A program made the translations under genes and the position numbers. Below are positions 51,663-61,488 of a stretch of DNA of 64,000 nucleotides, one piece after another. Numbering within the stretch: position 1 is the first letter of the stretch; each line of letters begins with the position of its first letter. The stretch spans positions 448,001 through 512,000 of the forward strand of contig CAWGMA010000001.1 of NCBI GenBank assembly GCA_963823555.1. The letters run 5' to 3'. This DNA comes from Candidatus Eiseniibacteriota bacterium. Its GTDB lineage: Bacteria > Eisenbacteria > RBG-16-71-46 > CAVPCR01. Below the pieces are notes generated by a model. The model had not been told where the DNA came from. It ran no database searches and was given only the letters and a program-made list of their open reading frames with translations.

Positions 51663-54600
51663 ATGAACCAGCGACGATCGATCCTCCTTTCCATTCGAGA
51701 ACCGGCCGCGGTGCTGAGTTGTTTGCTCCTTACCTCCGTGATTGCCGCCGGTGTGGTGGCGGCTCTTCCGGCGAGCCTCCGCGAGGAGGTGCGCTTCGCG
51801 GCGAGCGATCTCCGGCTGGAGGAACAGGCGGACGGCACGGTGGTGGTGCGCTACCCGGGAGCGGTAGGGTCGCCGGCCGGGTCGCCGGATCTGCCGCTCG
51901 TGCCGGTGTGGATCGAGGTGCCATCGGGGATGCGGGTGGTGGGGGTCAAGAGCCGGGCGCAGGGGGTGGCGGAGCTGGGAGTGGTGCGGGTGCGACCGGT
52001 GGCGCCGGACGTGCGCGTGGGTGAGGCGGAGAAGGCGGCGGTGGCGGACGCGGAGGTGTACGGGAGCGCGGGGCCGGTGCCTGGGGAGTGGGCGGTGCTC
52101 GCGAGCGAGGGGACGCTCCGCGGTCACCAGCTGGCGGGGGTGCTGGTGTCGCCGGTCAGGTGGTCGCCCGGGACGGGTCAGCTCGAGCGGGCGAGCGTGG
52201 TCGAGGTCGAGCTCGTCCTCGAGCCGGGGCGGCCGGCAGGGATGCCGGAGGCGGTCGAGCGGCGGCGGGTGTCGGCGGCGATCGAGTCGAAGTTCGAGGC
52301 GGACGCATCGAAGTGGATCCGCGGGTTCACCCCGGCGGCGGCGACCGAGGGTGGGGGCGATGCGGGGAGCGGTCCGGCGGGTCCGGGGCCGTACCAGCCG
52401 ACGTTCCGGCCGACGACGGACGGGAGCGCGGTGGAGTACGTGGTGGTGACGTCGGCGGCGCTGGCGGGGGAGTTCCAGCGGCTGGCGGACTGGAAGACGC
52501 AGAAGGGGGTGCAGGCGGCGGTCAGGACGGTCGAGTGGATCGACCAGACGTACCCGAACGGGGTGGACCGCGCGGAGCGGGTCCGGTTCTTCATCCGTGA
52601 CGCGTACCAGAACTGGGGGACGATGTACGTGCTCCTCGGTGGCGACACCGACATCGTGCCGCCCCGCTATGCGCAGATGGTCCTCTTCGACGAGCGGATT
52701 CCCGCCGACTACTACTTCGCGTGTCTCGACGGCAACTGGAACTACGACGGAGATTCGCGCTTCGGCGAGTCGCTTTCCGGCGGTCCCCCTGGGGATCAGT
52801 GCGATCTGCACTTCGAAGTGACGGTGGGTCGGGTTCCGGCGTCGACTCCGGATCAGGTCGCCCGCTTCGTCGATAAGTTGCTCCTCTACGAACAGAACCC
52901 GCCGGTCGAAGCACGCTACCCCGCGTCGATCCTGGTGCTGGCTGAGCGCCTCTTCACCACGCTTCACGGAGCGGATATCGCGGAGGAGGCGCTGGCCCTG
53001 GTGCCGTCCTGGATCCGCAAGGTGCGTCTCTACGAGGAGTCGGCGAGCTACCCCGGATCCATCGAGCTCAACCGGCAGGTGGCGGTCGATTCGATCAACG
53101 CCGGATTCGGCATCGTGCACCATGTCGGCCACGGCTATCGCAACACCATGTCGCTGGGTAGTGGCACGATGTCGAACGGGGATGCGGACAACCTGGTGAA
53201 CGCGCCGCGGAACTCGGTGGTGTTCGCCATCAACTGCAGCTCCGCCTCGATCGACTTCAACTCGATCGGGGAGCGCTGGGTGAAGAACGCGAACGGCGGC
53301 TCGATCGCCTATCTGGGCACCTCCCGCCTGGCCTTCGTAACGGCCTCGCGCGCCTACCAGGGCGAATGGTATGCCACCGTCTTCCAGGATTCGACTCGAT
53401 CGCTCGGTCTCGCCACCGATGAATCGCGTGCCATCTTCATTCCGGCCGCCCAGTTTGATGGCGTTCAGCGCTGGAACTTGCTGGCGACGACGTTGCTGGG
53501 GGATCCGGAGGTGGATCTGTACACGAACGCGGTGGTGCCGCTCGTGGTGACGCATGCCTCGACGACACCGATCGGGGGGGCGCCCTTGTCGGTGACGGTG
53601 ACGGCCGGGGGGTCGCCGGTGGCGGGAGCGACGGTGACGTTGTGGAAGGCGGGGGAGAGCTATGTCAGGGGGGTGACGGGAGCGAACGGTCAGGCGCAGC
53701 TGGCGGTGGGGGCGAACACGCCGGGGGCGATGACGGTGACGGTGCACAAGAGCTACTACCGGCCGTACGTGGGGACGGTGACGGCGACGAGCGCGAGCGG
53801 GCCGTACGTGTACGTGACGGGTCTGGTGGTGGACGACGACAACGTGGGCCAGTCGAGCGGGGACGGGGACGGGCGGGCGGATGCGGGGGAGACGGTGGAG
53901 CTCCGGGTGACGCTCCGGAACGGGGGAGGGGGGCAGGTGACGGGGCTGGTGGGGACGATCTCGGAGAACGATCCGGAGAACGCGCTGACGATCGTCCAGG
54001 CGACGGTGAGTTACGGGACGATCGCTCCGGGGGGTAGCACGCAGGGCAGCGGGGCCTTCGTGGTGACGATCGCGGAGAACGCGCCGGTGGCGTACCAGCC
54101 GGTGCTGACGGTGGTGGCGGCGGGGACGCAGGGGACGTGGGTGGACCCGGTGGTGCTGCCGCTCCGGCGGCCGTACCTGGAGCACTGGGGTCACGTGGTG
54201 GACGACGCGTCGCCGCGAGGCAACGGGAACGGGGTGGTGGAGGCGGGGGAGGAGATCTACTACCGGGTGACGGTGAAGAACACGGGGCAGGACGGATCGG
54301 TGGGGCTCGCGGGATCGCTCCGGGCGCTCCAGGTGTCGGACCGGCAGCCGCACCCCGGGGTGACGGTGGGGGATGGGGCATCGAGCTTCGGGACGCTCAC
54401 GCCGGGTCAGCAGGTGGAGGGGGATCGGTTCGCGTTCACGCTGAGCAGCCTGACCGATCCGACGACGGTGCTCCTCGAGCTCACGCTGACCGACGCGCTC
54501 GGGGTGGCGGCCGTTCAGTATATCGATCTGACTTCACCCTCTCCGCCCGGCACCTTCTCCGCCTTTGGCTCGCCGGGGACGATTCTCTTGACCTGGGAGC

Positions 54601-56495
54601 GAGCGCAGGCAAGCGACATCCGTGGCTATGACGTGCTTCGTTCGATCTCGCCCGGGGGCCCGTTCCAGCGGATCAACGCCTACACGGTGGACGGGACGGC
54701 GGCGTACGAGGATCGTGGGCTGCCGGCGTTGACGCGGTATTACTACCAGGTGGTGTCGCGGGACTCATCGTACAACGCGTCGGTGCCGTCGGCTGTCTTC
54801 TCCGGGACCACCAACCCGCCCGCGGCCGCCGGCTGGCCCCAGGAGCTGGCCCAGCAGAGCTCCTCCTCTGCCGTCATCGCCGATATCGACGGCGGCGCGC
54901 ACATCGAGCTCCTCTGCGGCTCCGATATGATGTATGCCTGGCACGGAGACGGCACCGAAGTCGTCGATGGCGATGATGACTCGCGCACCAACGGGCCCTT
55001 CTCCCTCCACGGGTGGAGCACGGATTCGTTCGGGTTCGCGTCCACCCCCGCCGTCGGCGATGTGGACGGCGACGGCGACCTCGAGGTCGCCAGTGTCGGG
55101 TTCACCTCCGATTCTCTCTTCGTGTGGCAGGGTAACGGACAGCTGTTCCCCGGCTGGCCCAAGTGGGTCATGGATGACCTCAACTGGGGATCGGTGGTGC
55201 TTGCCGATCTGGACCGGGATGGCGACCTGGAGATGATCGTCTGGGCTGCCAATGGCGGTCGACTCTTCGCCTGGCATCACACCGGACAGGAAGTGGTCGA
55301 CGGCGACGCCAATCCCGCCACCGACGGCATCCTGGCTCGTGTCCTCGGCACATCCTTCAACTACGGATCAGCCGCCGTCGGCAATCTCGACCAGGATCCC
55401 GAGCTCGAGATCGTGGCCCCCGTCAACTTCTCCCAGGATGACACGGGTCGCGTATACGCTTTCAACATCGACGGCAGCATGGTAGCAGGATGGCCCTTCA
55501 CGACCGGAAGCGGCACTCCCTCCGAGGTCAGCTCCTCCCCGGTCATCGCTGATCTCGACGGCGATGGAGACGAGGAGGTCATCTTCGCAGCCGAGCGCGA
55601 TTACGGTCGCCTCTACGTCCTCAATGGCAACGGCACCGTGGCCACGGGATGGCCGCAAAACGTGATCGCGCTCTCTGCGGATGCGCGACTGCCATCACCC
55701 GCGGTGGGCGACGTGGATGCCGATGGCGCGCTCGAGATCGTCTACGCCGATACCGAAGGCAAGCTCTTCGTGTTCGAGCGCAATGGCGCCCTGCATCCCG
55801 GATTTCCCCTCTGGTACTATCCCGATCCGCCAGGCGAGGCGACGCAGTCGACCCCGGTGCTCGGTGATATCGACGGGGATCCCGAACTGGAGATCGTGTT
55901 CGGAGACGAGTCGGGTGTGGTGCGTGGCTACAACGCCGATGGCTCGTTGGTCGCCGGGTTCCCCATCCGGCTCACTGGAGAGGTGCGCTCCTCGCCTGCG
56001 CTCTGGGACCTGGATCGCGACGGGCTCCTGGAGATGGCGGTCGTCGGGTTCGATTCCCAAGTCTACGTGTGGGATCTCACTGCCGAGTTCAACCCGCAGC
56101 GGTTGCCGTGGCCCTTCTTCCGCCACGACACGCGGAATACCGGGCGCTTCGTGACCGCGGTGCAGCCGATCGGTATCGCCGAGCCGGCAGCTGCTCCTGA
56201 GGTTGCCAGCGCCGCATTCCATGGCGCTCACCCCAATCCGTTCAATCCAACGACGACCCTCGGATTCGATGTGCCGGGCGAGACCGGTGGCGCTCAGATG
56301 GTGACGCTGGCCATCTACGACGTCGGCGGCCGCCTCTTGCGGCAGTTGATCGATGGACCGATCGCGACCGGATCCCATGCGGTCGAATGGGACGGTCGGA
56401 CGGTCGCCGGAGCTCAGGTGAGCTCGGGGGTCTATTTCGCCCACATCACGATCGGCGACTTTGTTGCCACCCGGAAGCTCGTCGTCGTGCGCTGA
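51663..56495 (+). CDS. C25 cysteine peptidase, copy 3
   Basis: Same architecture; HHVGHG and INCSS; ends PNPFNP..KLVVVR. Confidence 0.88.
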   Translation: MNQRRSILLSIREPAAVLSCLLLTSVIAAGVVAALPASLREEVRFAASDLRLEEQADGTVVVRYPGAVGSPAGSPDLPLVPVWIEVPSGMRVVGVKSRAQGVAELGVVRVRPVAPDVRVGEAEKAAVADAEVYGSAGPVPGEWAVLASEGTLRGHQLAGVLVSPVRWSPGTGQLERASVVEVELVLEPGRPAGMPEAVERRRVSAAIESKFEADASKWIRGFTPAAATEGGGDAGSGPAGPGPYQPTFRPTTDGSAVEYVVVTSAALAGEFQRLADWKTQKGVQAAVRTVEWIDQTYPNGVDRAERVRFFIRDAYQNWGTMYVLLGGDTDIVPPRYAQMVLFDERIPADYYFACLDGNWNYDGDSRFGESLSGGPPGDQCDLHFEVTVGRVPASTPDQVARFVDKLLLYEQNPPVEARYPASILVLAERLFTTLHGADIAEEALALVPSWIRKVRLYEESASYPGSIELNRQVAVDSINAGFGIVHHVGHGYRNTMSLGSGTMSNGDADNLVNAPRNSVVFAINCSSASIDFNSIGERWVKNANGGSIAYLGTSRLAFVTASRAYQGEWYATVFQDSTRSLGLATDESRAIFIPAAQFDGVQRWNLLATTLLGDPEVDLYTNAVVPLVVTHASTTPIGGAPLSVTVTAGGSPVAGATVTLWKAGESYVRGVTGANGQAQLAVGANTPGAMTVTVHKSYYRPYVGTVTATSASGPYVYVTGLVVDDDNVGQSSGDGDGRADAGETVELRVTLRNGGGGQVTGLVGTISENDPENALTIVQATVSYGTIAPGGSTQGSGAFVVTIAENAPVAYQPVLTVVAAGTQGTWVDPVVLPLRRPYLEHWGHVVDDASPRGNGNGVVEAGEEIYYRVTVKNTGQDGSVGLAGSLRALQVSDRQPHPGVTVGDGASSFGTLTPGQQVEGDRFAFTLSSLTDPTTVLLELTLTDALGVAAVQYIDLTSPSPPGTFSAFGSPGTILLTWERAQASDIRGYDVLRSISPGGPFQRINAYTVDGTAAYEDRGLPALTRYYYQVVSRDSSYNASVPSAVFSGTTNPPAAAGWPQELAQQSSSSAVIADIDGGAHIELLCGSDMMYAWHGDGTEVVDGDDDSRTNGPFSLHGWSTDSFGFASTPAVGDVDGDGDLEVASVGFTSDSLFVWQGNGQLFPGWPKWVMDDLNWGSVVLADLDRDGDLEMIVWAANGGRLFAWHHTGQEVVDGDANPATDGILARVLGTSFNYGSAAVGNLDQDPELEIVAPVNFSQDDTGRVYAFNIDGSMVAGWPFTTGSGTPSEVSSSPVIADLDGDGDEEVIFAAERDYGRLYVLNGNGTVATGWPQNVIALSADARLPSPAVGDVDADGALEIVYADTEGKLFVFERNGALHPGFPLWYYPDPPGEATQSTPVLGDIDGDPELEIVFGDESGVVRGYNADGSLVAGFPIRLTGEVRSSPALWDLDRDGLLEMAVVGFDSQVYVWDLTAEFNPQRLPWPFFRHDTRNTGRFVTAVQPIGIAEPAAAPEVASAAFHGAHPNPFNPTTTLGFDVPGETGGAQMVTLAIYDVGGRLLRQLIDGPIATGSHAVEWDGRTVAGAQVSSGVYFAHITIGDFVATRKLVVVR
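51768..52670 (+). repeat. Near-identical block A (propeptide and start of C25 domain), repeated at ~56621-57517 and ~61615-62500
   Basis: Direct comparison shows long identical runs with only scattered substitutions and one short variable patch. Confidence 0.9.
53482..54505 (+). repeat. Near-identical block B (Ig-like region), repeated at ~58332-59355 and 63311 to window end
   Basis: Offsets 4850 and 9829; sequence essentially identical from TGGCGACGACGTTGCTGGGG onward. Confidence 0.9.
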
Positions 56496-56545
56496 GGTCC
56501 AATCATGACGAAGTCCCTGCAACAGCGAAACTCTGGAGTCGACTG

Positions 56546-59500
56546 ATGATGAACCGCTGCCACGGCATGCCGCTCTTGATCCTGATGCTCTTGGTATCCG
56601 TCGGCGCCGCCCACTCGAGCCCGGCGAGCCTCCGCGAGGAGGTGCGCTTCGCGGCGGGCGATCTCCGGCTGGAGGAACAGGCGGACGGCACGGTGGTGGT
56701 GCGCTACCCGGGAGCGGTAGGGTCGCCGGCCGGGTCGCCGGATCTGCCGCTCGTGCCGGTGTGGATCGAGGTGCCATCGGGGATGCGGGTGGTGGGGGTC
56801 AAGAGCCGGGCCCAGGGGGTGGCGGAGCTGGGAGTGGTGCGGGTGCGGCCGGTGGCGCCGGACGTGCGCGTGGGTGAGGCGGAGAAGGCGGCGGTGGCGG
56901 ACGCGGAGGTGTACGGGAGCGCGGGGCCGGTGCCCGGGGAGTGGGCCCGGCTCGGGAGCGAGGGGACGCTCCGCGGTCACCAGCTGGCGGGGGTGCTGGT
57001 GTCGCCGGTCAGGTGGTCGCCGGGGACGGGTCAGCTCGAGCGGGCGAGCGTGGTCGAGGTCGAGCTCGTCCTCGAGCCGGGAGCGGTAACTTCGGGTGTC
57101 GTCGAGCGGCGGCGGGTGTCGGCGGCGATCGAGTCGAAGTTCGAGGCGGACGCATCGAAGTGGATCCGCGGGTTCACCCCGGCGGCGGCGACCGAGGGTG
57201 GGGGCGATGCGGGGAGCGGTCCGGCGGGTCCGGGGCCGTACCAGCCGACGTTCCGGCCGACGACGGACGGGAGCGCGGTGGAGTACGTGGTGGTGACGTC
57301 GGCGGCGCTGGCGGGGGAGTTCCAGCGGCTGGCGGACTGGAAGACGCAGAAGGGGGTGCAGGCGGCGGTCAGGACGGTCGAGTGGATCGACCAGACGTAC
57401 CCGAACGGGGTGGATCGGGCGGAGCGGGTCCGGTTCTTCATCCGTGACGCGTACCAGAACTGGGGGACGATGTTCGTGCTCCTCGGTGGCGACACCGATA
57501 TCGTGCCGCCCCGCTATATCGAGAGTTCCTACTACGGCCAGGAGTCGATTCCCGCCGACTACTACTACGCGTGTCTCGACGGCAACTGGAACTACGACGG
57601 AGATTCGCGCTTCGGTGAAGCGCGATTCTATGCCGTGCAGTCCGATTCAGTGGACTTCCATTTCGACGTCTCGGTCGGCCGGGCGCCGGTTTCGACGCTG
57701 ACCGAGGCGGATACTTTCGTCGACAAGACACTCCTCTACGAGCAGAACCCACCCATCCTGGCGCGCTATCCGGCGTCGATCCTGGTGCTGGCTGAGCGCC
57801 TGTTCCCGAGCACCCATGGTGCCGACATCGCGGAGGAGGCGCTGGCCCTGGTGCCGTCCTGGATCCGCAAGGTGCGTCTCTACGAGGAGTCGGCGAGCTA
57901 CCCTGGATCCATCGAGCTAAACCGGCAGGTGGCGGTCGATTCGATCAACGCCGGATTCGGCATCGTGCACCACGTCGGCCACGGCTACCGCAACACGATG
58001 TCGGTGGGCGCGGGAACGCTCAACAATGCCGACTCCGATGCGCTCATGAACGCACCGAAGAACTCGGTGGTGTTCGCCATCAACTGCAGCTCCGCCTCGA
58101 TCGATTTCAATTCGATCGGGGAGCGCTGGGTGAAGAACGCGAACGGCGGCTCGATCGCCTATCTGGGCACCTCCCGCCTGGCCTTCATCGCTGCCTCCGA
58201 GGCGTATCAAAACGCCTGGTACTCGACCGTCTTCCAGGATTCGGTGCGTTCGATCGGGACGGTCTCCAACCTGGGCCGCATGGCCCTCTATCCCAACGCG
58301 GAGTATGAGTCGGCGAACCGCTGGAATCTGATGGCGACGACGTTGCTGGGGGATCCGGAGGTGGATCTGTACACGAACGCGGTGGTGCCGCTCGTGGTGA
58401 CGCATGCGTCGACGACACCGATCGGGGGGGCGCCCTTGTCGGTGACGGTGACGGCCGGGGGGTCGCCGGTGGCGGGAGCGACGGTGACGTTGTGGAAGAG
58501 CGGGGAGAGCTATGTCAGGGGGGTGACGGGAGCGAACGGTCAGGCGCAGCTGGCGGTGGGGGCGAACACGCCGGGGGCGATGACGGTGACGGTGCACAAG
58601 AGCTACTACCGGCCGTACGTGGGGACGGTGACGGCGACGAGCGCGAGCGGGCCGTACGTGTACGTGACGGGTCTGGTGGTGGACGACGACAACGTGGGCC
58701 AGTCGAGCGGGGACGGGGACGGGCGGGCGGATGCGGGGGAGACGGTGGAGCTCCGGGTGACGCTCCGGAACGGGGGAGGGGGGCAGGTGACGGGGCTGGT
58801 GGGGACGATCTCGGAGAACGATCCGGAGAACGCGCTGACGATCGTCCAGGCGACGGTGAGTTACGGGACGATCGCTCCGGGGGGTAGCACGCAGGGCAGC
58901 GGGGCCTTCGTGGTGACGATCGCGGAGAACGCGCCGGTGGCGTACCAGCCGGTGCTGACGGTGGTGGCGGCGGGGACGCAGGGGACGTGGGTGGACCCGG
59001 TGGTGCTGCCGCTCCGGCGGCCGTACCTGGAGCACTGGGGTCACGTGGTGGACGACGCGTCGCCGCGAGGCAACGGGAACGGGGTGGTGGAGGCGGGGGA
59101 GGAGATCTACTACCGGGTGACGGTGAAGAACACGGGGCAGGACGGATCGGTGGGGCTCGCGGGATCGCTCCGGGCGCTCCGGGTGTCGGACCGGCAGCCG
59201 CACCCCGGGGTGACGGTGGGGGATGGGGCATCGAGCTTCGGGACGCTCGTGCCGGGTCAGCAGGTGCAGGGGGATCGGTTCGCGTTCACGCTGGGGGGAG
59301 CGACCGACCCGACGACGGTGCTGCTCGAGCTCACGCTGACCGACGCGCTCGGGGTGGCGGACTTGGAGCTGCTGGACGTGCTGCATCCGGACTCGCCGGA
59401 CACGCTGAAGGCTTTCGGTTCGCCGTCCTCGATCCGCTTGACGTGGAACCGCTCGGCGGCGACGGATGCGAAGGGTTACGACGTGTACCGGTCGAGCTCG

Positions 59501-61345
59501 CCCGGGGGGCCGTTCCAGCGGATCAACGCCTACACGGTGGACGGGACGGCGGCGTACGAGGATCGTGGGCTGCCGGCGTTGACGCGGTATTACTACCAGG
59601 TGGTGTCGCGGGATTCGTCGTACAACGCGTCGGTGCCGTCGGTGGTGATCTCGGGGACCACCAACCCGCCCTACACCCCCGGCTGGCCGATCGAGCTCGC
59701 CCAGCAGAGCGCATCCTCCGCCGTCATCGCCGACATCGATGGTGGCTCACACACCGAGATCATGTGCGGCGGCGACGTGCAATACGCCTGGCATGGGGAT
59801 GGCACCGAGGTCGTCGACGGCGACGACGATGATCGGACCAACGGCCCCTTCTCCCTCTACGGCCGGCGGACCACGACCTCCGGCTTCGCTGCCACGCCGG
59901 CGATCGGCAACATCGACCTCGCCGGTCGTCTGGAGGTGGTCAACATCGGCTTCACAGCCGACTCGCTCTACGTATGGAACAATGTCGGACAGCTGATGAG
60001 TGGTTGGCCCAAGTGGGTCATGGGCGACTTCAACTGGGCCTCGGTCATGCTTCCGGATCTCGATCTCGACGGAGATCTCGAGATCGTGGCCTGGGCGGCG
60101 AATGGCGGTCGCCTCTTCGCCTGGCATCACAACGGGCAGGAAGTGGTCGACGGCGACGCCAATCCCGCCACCGATGGCATCCTGGCCCGGATCCTCGGCG
60201 CGTCGTTCAACTACTCGAGCCCCGCGGTCGCCAATCTGGATGCCGATCCTCAGCTCGAGATCCTCGTTGCGGTCAATCGGTCCACGGACAATACGGGAGG
60301 CGTCTATGCCTTCAACACGAACGGGACCCCGGTTCCCGGCTGGCCCTTCCTGACCGGCAGCGCGCAGAATCCATCGGAGGTCAGCTCATCCCTGGCGGTG
60401 GCCGACCTCGACGGTGACGGAGACGAGGAGATCATCTTCGCAGCCGAGCGCGACGGCGGCCGCGTCTATGTGCTGAATGGCAACGGGACCGTGGTTCCGG
60501 GATGGCCGAAGGCTGCTGCTGCCTATACCCAGGACGCGCGCCTGCCATCTCCCGTGGTCGCGGATCTAGATGACGACACCTCCCTCGATGTCGTCTTTCC
60601 CGATACCGACGGCAACCTCTGGGCCTGGAACCGCAACGGCGCGGTCCTGCCCGGATATCCGGTCGTCTACTATCCCAACGCCCAGACGCAGACGACGCAG
60701 TCGACACCGGCCGTGGGAGACGTCGACGGCGATCTCGACCCCGAGGTCATCTTCGGTGACGAGGCCGGTTTCGTTCACGGCTACAACGGTGACGGCACAC
60801 TGGCGGCGGGCTTCCCCATCCAGGTGGGGGGCGAGGTCCGTTCGACTCCGGCGATCTGGGATCTGGACCGGGACAACCGGGTCGAGGTCGTCGCCGTCTG
60901 CTACGACTCCAATGTCTATTCCTGGGATCTCCCGGGACGCTTCAATCCACAGCGCATCCCGTGGCCATTCTTCCGCCATGACATCCGCAACACGGGACGC
61001 TTCCTCACTTCGGTTCAGATCGGAATCGACGAGCCGGATGCGGTGCCGGTGCCGGGCGTGGCCGCTTTCCACCTGGCGCGACCCAACCCGTTCAATCCGG
61101 CGACCACGCTGGCCTTCGACGTGCCTGGCAAGGCAGGCGGCGCGCGACCGGTGACCCTCGACATCATCGATGTCTCGGGACGTCTGGTGCGTCGCCTCCT
61201 CGACGGCCCCGTCGAGACCGGTTCCCATGCCCTGGTCTGGGATGGGCGCCAGTCGAGCGGAGGCATGTCTCCCTCCGGCGTTTACTTCGCCAGGATCGCG
61301 ATCGGCAGCTTCACCGCCACCCAGAAGCTCACGCTCGTGCGATGA
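56546..61345 (+). CDS. C25 cysteine peptidase, copy 4
   Basis: ATG 56546 after GGAG gives a signal peptide; HHVGHG and INCSS; ends PNPFNP..KLTLVR. Confidence 0.88.
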   Translation: MMNRCHGMPLLILMLLVSVGAAHSSPASLREEVRFAAGDLRLEEQADGTVVVRYPGAVGSPAGSPDLPLVPVWIEVPSGMRVVGVKSRAQGVAELGVVRVRPVAPDVRVGEAEKAAVADAEVYGSAGPVPGEWARLGSEGTLRGHQLAGVLVSPVRWSPGTGQLERASVVEVELVLEPGAVTSGVVERRRVSAAIESKFEADASKWIRGFTPAAATEGGGDAGSGPAGPGPYQPTFRPTTDGSAVEYVVVTSAALAGEFQRLADWKTQKGVQAAVRTVEWIDQTYPNGVDRAERVRFFIRDAYQNWGTMFVLLGGDTDIVPPRYIESSYYGQESIPADYYYACLDGNWNYDGDSRFGEARFYAVQSDSVDFHFDVSVGRAPVSTLTEADTFVDKTLLYEQNPPILARYPASILVLAERLFPSTHGADIAEEALALVPSWIRKVRLYEESASYPGSIELNRQVAVDSINAGFGIVHHVGHGYRNTMSVGAGTLNNADSDALMNAPKNSVVFAINCSSASIDFNSIGERWVKNANGGSIAYLGTSRLAFIAASEAYQNAWYSTVFQDSVRSIGTVSNLGRMALYPNAEYESANRWNLMATTLLGDPEVDLYTNAVVPLVVTHASTTPIGGAPLSVTVTAGGSPVAGATVTLWKSGESYVRGVTGANGQAQLAVGANTPGAMTVTVHKSYYRPYVGTVTATSASGPYVYVTGLVVDDDNVGQSSGDGDGRADAGETVELRVTLRNGGGGQVTGLVGTISENDPENALTIVQATVSYGTIAPGGSTQGSGAFVVTIAENAPVAYQPVLTVVAAGTQGTWVDPVVLPLRRPYLEHWGHVVDDASPRGNGNGVVEAGEEIYYRVTVKNTGQDGSVGLAGSLRALRVSDRQPHPGVTVGDGASSFGTLVPGQQVQGDRFAFTLGGATDPTTVLLELTLTDALGVADLELLDVLHPDSPDTLKAFGSPSSIRLTWNRSAATDAKGYDVYRSSSPGGPFQRINAYTVDGTAAYEDRGLPALTRYYYQVVSRDSSYNASVPSVVISGTTNPPYTPGWPIELAQQSASSAVIADIDGGSHTEIMCGGDVQYAWHGDGTEVVDGDDDDRTNGPFSLYGRRTTTSGFAATPAIGNIDLAGRLEVVNIGFTADSLYVWNNVGQLMSGWPKWVMGDFNWASVMLPDLDLDGDLEIVAWAANGGRLFAWHHNGQEVVDGDANPATDGILARILGASFNYSSPAVANLDADPQLEILVAVNRSTDNTGGVYAFNTNGTPVPGWPFLTGSAQNPSEVSSSLAVADLDGDGDEEIIFAAERDGGRVYVLNGNGTVVPGWPKAAAAYTQDARLPSPVVADLDDDTSLDVVFPDTDGNLWAWNRNGAVLPGYPVVYYPNAQTQTTQSTPAVGDVDGDLDPEVIFGDEAGFVHGYNGDGTLAAGFPIQVGGEVRSTPAIWDLDRDNRVEVVAVCYDSNVYSWDLPGRFNPQRIPWPFFRHDIRNTGRFLTSVQIGIDEPDAVPVPGVAAFHLARPNPFNPATTLAFDVPGKAGGARPVTLDIIDVSGRLVRRLLDGPVETGSHALVWDGRQSSGGMSPSGVYFARIAIGSFTATQKLTLVR

Positions 61346-61488
61346 GGCGACGCCGCGATCGGGGTCCAGTCAGTATTTGCAGTCGGTCCTCGGGGCCGAC
61401 CGCGGGCTACGAGAACAGGGCCGGGAGAGACCGGCCGGTCATCGCGCACCGCCTGCCATGAACGGCGATGCGTTGAAGGAGCACAGAC

